Source: Azolla caroliniana (taxonomy: Eukaryota > Plantae > Polypodiophyta). Taken from it: a DNA stretch of 64,000 nucleotides. Position numbers and translations under genes: made by a program. The stretch covers positions 16,306,001 to 16,370,000 of the forward strand of contig JBHGNT010000018.1 in the NCBI GenBank assembly GCA_043228905.1. The letters run 5' to 3'. Of this stretch, positions 49,535 to 60,391 are shown one piece after another. A model generated the notes under the pieces. It was not told where the DNA came from and ran no database searches. It was given only the letters and a program-made list of their open reading frames with translations. Within the stretch, counting starts at the first letter, position 1, and each line of letters starts with the position of its first letter.

Positions 49535-52500
49535 TGTTATGTACACATAACGTAGGTGAGGGTAGGTCACTAATATTTACATAAGTGAAGTGTGTGTTTA
49601 CTAATGTTAAAAAGGGACTAATGTGATTGGATATAAGGAATGATAGGTGCATGCACTATCACAATTGGGACAACCAATGAATGGAGATTCTTTTAGAAAA
49701 GCACATCTATGCAAGGGACCTAGGAAGAGGTATAAATATGAGGCTTAGCTACCGTCATAAGCACATTACGTCGGAAGGTTGTTATCTTAGACACCGGTAG
49801 TGCAGGCTAGGTTTTTGTCACAACGATCATGTTAATCTCTTCCAACATATTAATCATCCTAATATCCGGTAGTATGGGACGTCAGTGGTAGGTTGGCTAT
49901 GTCTTGATCATAGCTCGGGGGTAGTCGGGTGGAACAAGTTCTTCTATCCAATCTATTTTCCTTCTTTTTACTTTATTTTAGTCTATTTATTTGTAATAGA
50001 CTGTTAACAGCAATACCAAAGCTTTATTTTTGCTCATTCTTAGGATTTGTTGTATTTTTATGTAAATCAATTCATAACTATTCTAAATTGACTACGTCAT
50101 TAACTAGCCTTTTAAAAGGTCATCCACATAAAGCTATCAAACCAATTTCTTGGAATGAAAAACTTGACACAACATTTACGACACTCAAAGAGCATGCTTG
50201 GTAGGCTCCAGCTCTTCTATTACCAGACCCTTCCAAGCCTTTCACAATCGAAATCGATGTTCGTGATTATGCTATGGGTTACATACTTTATCAAGGCAAT
50301 CACCTTTAAATTGCTTCTGAAAGTAAGAAGCTTGATGCTACTCAATCTCGGTATTCGGTTCAAGAGAAGGAGTTGTTTGCAGTAATACATGCACTTAAAA
50401 CCATGGAGGCCCTATCTCTATGGAAATCAATTTCTGGTTACAATAGACCATCAATCATTGAAGTATTTTTGTGACCAAGCAGCTATTGTTGGTCGTAAAG
50501 GCCATTGGGCTTACCTTATGCAAGTTTTTGATTTTTCCATACGTTATCGCAAGGGATCTATGAACACCATTGCGGACACTCTTAGTCACATTAAAGAAGT
50601 TAACACGGTTAGCTTCACAGAAATAAAATCTGATCATTTAGATCACCTTCGAGGGAAATACCTTGATGACAGTTATTTCTCAAAATACTGAACGGAAGCC
50701 TAATCTAGTTTAGATGTCGTTACTAGCACCCTACCCTCGAAGGCGACCTTTCACATTACAAACGGTTTGCTCTACCGTAGTGAAAAGTTCCGTGTTCCAG
50801 ATTTAAAAATGTGAAACAGAAAATTCTTCATGAGGGTCATGATGCACCATTTGTTGGTCATCATGGAGTACAATGCACAATCGTTCTCATCTTGAGTACT
50901 TTTTTCTGGCCTAAGATGCGCTCTGACGTGCATAAATATGTGACTCAATGATTACAATGTCAAATTAATAAGTCAGAACGAATTAAAGTTGTTGGTCTTT
51001 TGCATCATTTAGATATTCCAAACAACAAATGGGAAAGTATCTCGATGGATTTTATTGTTAGTTTACCTGGTACACAGAGGGGTCATGATGCCATTTGGAT
51101 TGTCGTTGACCGACTAACAAAATTGGCTTGATTTATCCCTACCAAAACCATGGTAATTACTCAACAATTGGCTTATCAATTTGTTGATGAGATATTCCGT
51201 TTTTATGGATTACCGACAGATATTGTTAATGACGGAGATTCCAAGTTTACTAGTGTCTTTTGGACTTAGGTCTTTAAGAAGCTAGAAACTACGTTGAGCA
51301 TGAGTTTCGCAGATCATCCTCAGTCTGATGGAAAATTTGAGGAAATGCTTCGAGCTTATGTAACAAAAACCCCTTCTAAGTGGGAGCAATACCTTCCTAT
51401 CCTAGAATTTTCCTATAATAGCTCAAAACATACATCCACTCGAAATAGTAATTTTATGTTGATCAATGGTTTTCAGCCACGTGCCCTAGTAGATGTCACG
51501 ATTCATCGTGATACATTAGACAATACATGCAATTTTTTGCACGACATGAAGCAAATGTTGCGCGTTGCAAAGAAAATATTCTCATAGCTCAAGATCATGC
51601 CCGATTTTATGTTGATCAAGGTAGAGTTCCTCGTGCATTTACTATTGGTAAAAAAGTTTTTCGTGTGTCACTATTGACTCTACGTCATTGTCTACGAGCT
51701 AGTGCACTACGTTAGCCCTGCGATATTGTGGCCCATTTGAAATCCTTAAGCGAGTGGGATCATCTGCTTATCACCTTGCCTTACCCCATAACATTGGTAT
51801 TCATCTTGTTTTTCACATCAGTTGTCTAAAACCATTTTTAGGCTCTGGTGATAACACCATCACAGTCCAGGATCTTGTAACATTAGAGGATTTTTCTTAC
51901 AAACCTCATGTTCCTTAACGAATTCTTGATTGTTATACTAAATTTTACGTTCTAAAGAGATTTGGCTATTCAAGATCAAATGGATGGATAAACCTATTGA
52001 TGGTACCACATGGGAACACGAGCATACTCTTAAGGCACAATTTCCTCACTTTATATTGCAAGAGTGCAATCTTTTGAAGTAGGAGAGTATGTTATGTACA
52101 CATTACGTAGGTGAGGGTAGGTCACTAATATTTACATAAATGAAGGGTATGTTCACTAATGTTAAAAAGGGACTAATGTGATTGGATAGAAGGAACGATA
52201 GGTGCATGCACTTTTATGATTTGGACAACCAATGAATGGAGAGTCTTTTAGAAAGGAACATCTATTCAAGGGTCCTAGGAAGAGGTATAAATATGAGGCT
52301 TAGCTACCATCATAAGCACATTACGTCGAAAGGTTGTTGTCTTAGACACTAGTGATGCGCACTAGGTTTTCATCACGATGATCGTGTTAGTATCTTCCAA
52401 GGTATTAATCATCCTAATATCTGGTGGTATGGGACGTCGGTGGTAGGTTGTCAATGTCTTGATCATAGCTTAGGGGTGGTCGGGTGGAACGGGTTCTTCT

Positions 52501-52564
52501 ATCCAATCTATTTTCCTTCTTTTTACTTTATTTTGTTCTATTGATTAGTAATAGACTCTTACCA
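49535..52564 (+). mobile_element. Chromodomain gypsy element with a large internal deletion
   Basis: 475-bp LTRs 49535-50009 and 52090-52564; TSD CTCTC; PPT 52076-52089; RNase H, integrase (WESISMDFIV) and chromodomain (FKIKW...TWE) remnants. Confidence 0.92.
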
Positions 52565-55500
52565 CTCTCCCTAAAAGTCCGAACTAAAAATCCTCCCTTG
52601 ATTCACTCCTAAGACAATCCCTATTGCATTCATAGTTTGGTATAACTGTAAGAAATTGAGCCAAACTCAATCCATGTTGACATCAAACTCGAGCATATGC
52701 CACCATCCAAACTGCCATGATATATGGTTCTCCAAGAATGATGTGATGAGACGTTGATTCTTTCACACAAACATTTTGGTCTAGTTCAACGTCACCAATC
52801 CTAACTTTTATATTAGAGCAAGCTCCATCAAGTTCTTTCGTTGGCCAACCATCATCTCTTTCATAAGAAGTCTAGGAACATAAGATTGATCTTTGAGCCA
52901 TGGTCGATCAATGCCACCACTAGTTCTATCAAATCTCCAATTAGTACTGAGGTCTCAATTGTAGCTCTAACTTCTTAGTTGTGGTAGCACTTTTTGAAAC
53001 ATGCATGGGCTTTGGCCCATCTTCTACGGTGGAGCCTCTTCCTCTTCATTAAGTCATTCATGAAGTCATGGAACTCCTTTTTGGCAATTCCGAGAATTTT
53101 CTTTCATCACCCGTTTCAAGTCAATGGTTTGCTCTATCTTAGAGAAATTTTTTAATGTTGGGCCTATTCTTTCTTTCTGTGACAACGATGGCGTGCGGAA
53201 GCTAAGACAACCAGCTCGTCCGTATAACAATAGAAAGTAGAGATGAAGGTTTAATGGAAACCTTAAACACACATATGTGGGAGAGACAGAGAGAGCAAAA
53301 CAAAACTCAATTTCAAAATAATACTCTGCTGTATACAATGTTCTACAGAATACTTTTTATACAAGTCCTTAAAGGACTGATAGAAGTACTAACATGTGTA
53401 ATTTCAATGTTCATACGAGCGACTGACACTACAAAGAATATGCCTACGTACTAGGCTCGAACCGTATGCCTCCAACGGCCTATGGGTTCACACTATTCCG
53501 GAGTATGATCTGGTTCTCCGCTCCGGCTCTAGGTTCCGAATACCGATCTATCTAGACACTGATCCGAATACCTCTCCGGTTCTCCGTTCCGGATATTGAT
53601 CCGGCTCTAGGTTGTTCAGCCGATCCGGATCCAGTTGAGCTTGTCGTAATAGATCGTTGGCAGATCGGACACCTCCACCTGCAGATCCTTTAATAGCCTC
53701 TTGAGGCATATTGCTTCGCATGTCGCGACAACCACGCCTCAGAACTCGGCCTCAGTGCTCGACAATGCAACTGTCGATTGCTTCTTGCTACTCCAGGCAA
53801 GCACGACATTTCCAAGTGAGAAGGCGAACCCGGAAGTTGACCATCGATCGTCGACGTTTCCGGCCCAATCGACATCCATATAGCTGACAAGTTGCCCAGC
53901 TATACCGGCCCGATACAACAACGCTCGATGCTTAGTACCACTAACATGCTGCATTATCTGATACACGCACTGCAGATGTTCGATGGTCGACTACGACATG
54001 AACTGACTTATTAGTTCGACCGGATAACTGAGGTCCGGTCGACTGATCGGCAAATAGATAAGGCTCCTGACAATCTATCAACCCTTAGTGAACCTTAACA
54101 TGACCGTGTTGAATTGCATGTTGTTCCCAACCCTTGGTGAAGCTTAACATGTCGGCTTAGAGGAGTCAAGATGGACTTGCATTCTGTCATACCGAATTGC
54201 AAGAGCATACTCAACACATAGTGGCGTTGACTAATCTGTGTGGTGGTCGATTTCTTCTAGGTCAGCGTGATTAGATCATCCACATAGAGCAAAATTCTTA
54301 CCGGCTTGTTTTGACCTTGCTGGATGAAGAGTGAAGAGTCGGATTTTGACGACACAAACCCCATCTGGCGCAGTTACTGCATGAACTTTGCATTTCAAGC
54401 CCGTGGGACCGACTTGAGTCCATATAGGGACTTCTTCAGTCGGCAAACAACCAAGTGTTCATTCTGGACTAAAATCTGAGGGGCTGAACCATATATACAT
54501 GTTCCTCAAGCTCCCCTTGCAAAAACGCATTTTCCACATCCATTTAATGTAAGTGCCACCCCTTCAATGCAGCCACCGCAAGCAAGACACAGACGGTCTT
54601 CATCTTCGCGACCGGCGCAAACGTCTCATCGTTGTCGATGCCATGTTGTTGTGTGTACCCCTTTGCCACAAGTCGGGCCTTGTACCGGTTAACGAAGCCA
54701 TCAACATTGTATTTGACTTTATACATCCATTGATAACCGATCGACTTCACTCCTTCAGGTACCTCCACCAAGTCCCACGTCTTATTTTCTATGAGCGAAT
54801 GCATCTCTTCCTCCATGGTCTTTTGCCAGTTTGGATGCTTAGGCGCTTCAGCGTAGCTCTCCAGCTCATGCATGGTTGCCACCTTCACCATGTATGCATA
54901 ATGATGCGCCATATACTCATTATATACGTATCGAACTACGGGATGTTTTTGACAGGTGGATCAGCGTAACTTCTCGTCCGCCGATTGTTTAGCCCTCTTG
55001 GCCAACTCAGACTTCTCTTCCGACGATCCGTCTTTGTTCTTTTCGGAGTCGGATTCGCTTCGATTCATCTCTTCCCTGCTGGAGTCACATTCCGGTATCT
55101 TCTTCTTCCCTTTCTCCTTGCGTGTGAACCGTCTCCTTAGATCCTTCCCCGGACAGAGCATGGACGAGTCTCCACTACTCGCCGGCTCATCATTTGGTTG
55201 ATTCAAACTGTCAAGAATAGTACTAAAGCAGAGATGGAATTAGTACTAAGAAGAGCAGTACTATTAGTACTAAGAGGACGGGACTGCATAAGATTCCAGA
55301 GAGAGAGGAAGTGAGAAGAGGAGAGAGAGAGATAGCGAAGATGAGAGAGAGAGAAAGATGATGACAACAACTAATATATTATGTGAAAAAGATAAGTACA
55401 AGCGGCTAAGAGGCTTAAGTCTGGTGTTCAACCAATTTGGTTCAATATAATGCCTAGTGCCTTCTTTTATAGTGTTGTCAGGAGTAATCCTGAAACTTCT

Positions 55501-55679
55501 AGAATGTTCCAGAGAAATCTGGAATATACATTACTTTCTTATAATAAAATATAAATGAAAATAATATCCTATGAATTACAATAGATGATGTGATGGTTAA
55601 GAGCTCGACCCATATACCATAAGGTCATGGTTCGAGTCTTGCCATATCATGACACTATCTCCCCCTTAAAGACGACGAG

Positions 55680-58600
55680 TGGAACGAGTCGGCGCTGATT
55701 GCGGACCGGGTTTGTCCGGATACTTTCAGTGAAAATCAGCAAGCAGATCCTGAGCATTGGCAACATGCTCGACGGGTTCCCAAGTGCGTTCGCTCGGACT
55801 ATAACCAAGCCAATTGACTAAATAATAAAGTTTGTTGCGAATAAGTTTGGAATCGAGGATGGCAGCAACTTCATACTCCGGGCCGACGTCCAACTCCAGC
55901 GGGGGCGGCGGTGGTGTAACACGATTGGGAATGGTGTTTGCTTTATAAGGTTCAAGAAGAGAACAATGGAAAACCGGATGTATCTAAAGCTGCGGAGGGA
56001 GATCAAGGCGGAATATGACATCATTAACCTTACCCGTAATACGAAAAGGACCGAGTCGTCGATAATCCAACTTGTCGCACGGTCGAGTAGTCTTGATGTG
56101 ACGACGTAAGAGCCATACTCGATCTCCGATGGCAAAAGAGGAGGGAAGCCGATGACGATCCGTGTAAGTCTTCTGTGTCTATTGAGCATGACGAAGATGA
56201 GTCGAGAGATCTGTCTGGATCTTGCGTAGTCTCTCCAAATGATCCCTGGCACGAGGATTGGTAGGTAGCTCCGGGGTGTCGATCACCGACCAGCGAGGAT
56301 GAGAACCGGTATAAGCGTAGAATGGGGAGACTCGAGTCGAGGAGTGAACAACATTATTATACACAAACTCCGCAAAGTGGAGAATCTCGGCCCAATCGTC
56401 CTGTTGATAACTCAGGAAATACCAGAGATATTGCTCCAGCGTTTGGTTTGTTCGTTCTGCCTGCCCATCGGTCTGAGGATGGTAGCCGGAGGAGAGGTTG
56501 CAAGAGACCTTGAGCATCTTGAAGAGATGTTGTCAAAATTTGGAGACAAATTGCGGTCCTCGGTCATTGATGATACTGTCTGGGAGGCCATGATGCCGAA
56601 ATACCTCACGCATGACTAGGCGGCGGTTTCCTCGCTAGTGATGCCCTTAGTACACGGAACAAAATGTGCCATCTTCATATATCGATCGACGACGGTTAAG
56701 ATAGCATCGAACCCCTGCGAGACCAGCAGATCTGTGATAAAATCAAGACAAATAGACTGCCACGGCTTACTTGGAATCGACAAGGGTTCCAACAAGCCAT
56801 ATGGATGGTGTCGTGGCATCTTTGCTCGATAGCAAGCATCACAGGTCCGAACGTAGTCGTCGACAAAACGGCGCATGTGGGGCCACCAAAAAGATCGTTG
56901 CACTAGCTCCAACGTCTTAGTACTACCGAAATGTCCCGCCGTATGGGTGTCGTGACAATGCTGGACGATTTGAAGGCGACAGGAGCAATCGGGGACATAT
57001 ACGCGCTTTTTAAAGAATAACAAACCATCATGATATTCGAAATATCGGTAGTCAATACGTGGTTGTTGAGACTGAGAATAGGATGCCTGAGAAGTATCAA
57101 TGTGCGCCAGGATGTCTTGAGCAAAACTATCCGTCTTCAAGTTTGCACGTATGTCATCGGTAATCCGTGAATCCATCGGGGTGTGAAAAATCCGCGTCAT
57201 GTGCAATCGTGTTGGTCCCAAGATTACTTGCTTTTGATTATCAAATGTTGGATCACCAGGACGAGGTGCAAGATATGAACGCCATGATAGTGCATCTGCT
57301 TTTCCTTGCTGCTTCCCCAGTCAATATGTGATTTTGAAGTCGAAACGCGTGAGGAATTGCGCCCACCGAGCTTGCCGTTGATTTAGTACGCGAGCGTTCT
57401 GGAAATAAGCAAGATTTTTATGATCACTAAAGACAAGGACCTGATGTGGAGAGCCCTCTAAGAAATGCCGCCATTGCACAAATGAATCCACGAGGGCTAA
57501 TAACTCCTTGTCATGTATTTCGTAGTTGATTTCTGCGACATCGAATTTGCGCGAGTGGAATGCCACCGGATGCAACTCTTCTTTATCTCCTTGTTGAGAA
57601 AGGATGCTACCGAGGGCCGAATCTGAAGCATCAGCCTCCATGATGAATGGTTTGTTGGTATCCACATGAGCTAGAATCAGTGCTGATGTAAAGGCTTTCT
57701 TAAGATGCCGAAAAGCCATATCTGCTTCAATGGACCAAAGAAATGCTTGGCCCTTCTTCGTAAGTTGTGTGAGGGGTAAAATAATCTTCGAGTAATCCTG
57801 TATAAACTTACGGTAGAAGTTAGCAAAACCTAGAAAACATTGTACATCTCGTACAGACCGTGGAATTTGCCATTCTAGTACAGTTTGGACTTTAGCTGGA
57901 TCCATGGCGATGCCCTTTGAGGAGATGACGTAGCCTAGAAATTCCACTTGCTTGCAGTCAAAGCTACATTTTTCTAGCTTGGCATAAAGACCATTCTCGC
58001 GGAATCGCTTTAGTACTAATAGTACATGAGAATCGTGCTCTTGCTGGGTCTTCGAATAAATCAATAGATCATCAAGATAGATGATCAAACAGATATCCAA
58101 GAGGTCTCTAAATATATCATTTGCCATGTGTTGGAAGACTGCGGGTGCATTGGTTAGGCCGAACGGCATAAGAGTATACTCGAAATGCCCATACCGCGTG
58201 CGAAAGGCGGTCTTCCATTCATCTCCTGGTCGGATCCGCACGAGGTTATACGCTCCTAGTAGATCAATTTTGGTAAAAAACTTGGCACCATTAACTCGCT
58301 CTAAAAGACTTGATATAAGAGGAAGTGCATACCTATTCCGGATGGTGACCTTATTCAATCCGCAGTAATCAACGACGAGACGAAGTGAGCCATCTTTCTT
58401 CTTGACAAAGAAGATGGGTGCACCGGCCGGAGATTTCGAATGATGGATGAACCCGCTTGCCAAGTTCTCCTCTATGTAGGCTCGAAGGACTTCTAACTCG
58501 GTGGGTTACAAGTTGTAAATTGGTCCCCATGGTGGCTCGGTTCCTGGTTGTAAATCGATGGGACAGTCATAGGGACGGTGATGAGGAAGGGTATCGGCTT

Positions 58601-59246
58601 TTACCTTGTCAAATACATCGCCATAAGGATGATATTTTGCCGAAAGTTGTACTGAGGAGTCCTTCTTAATAGTGCTGGAAGGATGTACTGATATTGCAAA
58701 TAGGAACATTGCCTCCTTGTGTCCTTCTTCGCGTAATTGATGGAGTGAAATGGTCGAAACTCGGTGAGTAGATTCTTGGGGTGGTCAATATCGGACTTCT
58801 CTTGTTCTCCAATCTATGGCTGAATTATGTAATTCAAACTAAGGTAATCCTAGGACAATGGGATGCTCTGGACTACTAATTATATTAAATGATATTACAC
58901 ACACAAAACTACCTAGGACAACTTGAATGGGTTCTGATTCTTCTACAATATTCCCGGAAGCAATGGGACGACCATGAATGACTACTATAGATGCGGGACA
59001 AGGAAGTTTTCTTAGGGATATCTGAGAAGCTTGGGCAAAATTTCGATCCATGAGACAGGAATTAGCTCCAGAATCTAAGAGTGCTAGGACGGGTACTGGG
59101 GGAGTACTTTTAGTACTAACAATGACTTGGGCTAGGAATACATTGCTAACTTGCTTGGAAGGAATGGAACCACTAATGGGTTGTACAGATCTAGGGCTGT
59201 TGTCCAACCAAACGGCTCCTATTTTGGCTGGACTCAATCGTTTAAC
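55680..59246 (-). pseudogene. pol (PR-RT-RH-IN-chromodomain) with several premature stops
   Basis: ORF pieces 58839-59237, 58506-58709, 57321-58463, 56616-57221, 56179-56517. Confidence 0.9.
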
Positions 59247-60391
59247 TCTTCATCTATTTGACTAAGGATTTCAAATTTGTTTGAGATACTTGGGCTATTA
59301 GTACTATGAATACTATCTGACACTCTAGTAGTACTATTAATACTAGCAGACACTCCGAAGGGAAGAATTGACTCGGGTTTAGTACAAGCGACGATTTGAT
59401 TTACCTGTCTTCTAGGCCTATGGGGACAATTGATGGCGATATGTCCTGGTCCACCGCAATAAAGACATAATCGATTGACACGTCGTCGTTGCTTTTCTTC
59501 TTCCGATAACGGGCCGCGTCGACGCATGGTGTCGATCTCCATCGAGGTCAGAATATTGGCTTGAGGTACATCGCGTGCAAACGGTCTAGCCGTGACTGAG
59601 GCGTATGTGGCTTCCGGCCGAGAGCATGGTATTTGTAATTGACGTTCCGAACGCCGTTCGAAAAGGCGGTTGTTGCATTGGACCGCTCGACTGATTGCCT
59701 CCGTAAGAGACTTTGGTTCTTCGGGGAAGGTTAAAAGCAGATCTTTGACATCATTGCGCAAGCCGTAGCAAAACTGCTCCATGAGGGCCTGATTATCCCA
59801 GGGAATATCTGAGGCGAGTAGATGGAAATCCGCCGCGTAGGCAGAGGATGGACGATCGCCTTGACGTAATCTTCGGATCTTGTTGATCGCCGTCCTGATG
59901 CTGTCGGTATCTCCAAAGTAGGCTTTAAACTCACCAATAAAATCTTCAAAGTTATTAAGCAAGGGTGATTGTTTTTCTAGAAGCGGAGCGAACCATGCCA
60001 AGGCTGAGCCGCTAAGTAACGTGCCTATTAGGCCGACTCGAGATGCATCAGTGGGATATCGGGAAGGATGCATCTGGATGACTAAGCGTACCTGATTAAG
60101 GAATCCCCGGAATTGCGATCGCGTTCCATCAAATTTCACAGGAAGTACGATCTTGGGCTCTTTATGAAATCCTTGGGGACTTGATCCTTGTTGTTGCAAC
60201 GCTGCTTCAAGTTGTTGTACCCGTAACGCTAACTCCCCATGTTGTTGTTGCGTTTGTTGTTTTTCGAGAGCGATTTGTTGCAGATCCCCTATCAATCGTT
60301 GGTTTTCTTGTTCTAGGGCAACAAACTTTTCTTTTAGGCACTGTAACTTGGAGAAAACGGATTGATATTCTTGGGCGCTAACAGTAGCCAT
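59234..60391 (-). CDS. Intact gag (PEG10/RTL1/sushi-like capsid plus zinc knuckle), 385 aa
   Basis: EPKIVLPVKFDGTR, LRQG..S..Y, CLYCGGPGHIAINC. Confidence 0.9.
   Translation of the reverse strand: MATVSAQEYQSVFSKLQCLKEKFVALEQENQRLIGDLQQIALEKQQTQQQHGELALRVQQLEAALQQQGSSPQGFHKEPKIVLPVKFDGTRSQFRGFLNQVRLVIQMHPSRYPTDASRVGLIGTLLSGSALAWFAPLLEKQSPLLNNFEDFIGEFKAYFGDTDSIRTAINKIRRLRQGDRPSSAYAADFHLLASDIPWDNQALMEQFCYGLRNDVKDLLLTFPEEPKSLTEAISRAVQCNNRLFERRSERQLQIPCSRPEATYASVTARPFARDVPQANILTSMEIDTMRRRGPLSEEEKQRRRVNRLCLYCGGPGHIAINCPHRPRRQVNQIVACTKPESILPFGVSASINSTTRVSDSIHSTNSPSISNKFEILSQIDEELND

Noticed and set aside
55586-55650. Functional tRNA gene in the LTR
   Set aside because: No convincing acceptor or anticodon stems; reported only as an A/B-box cassette
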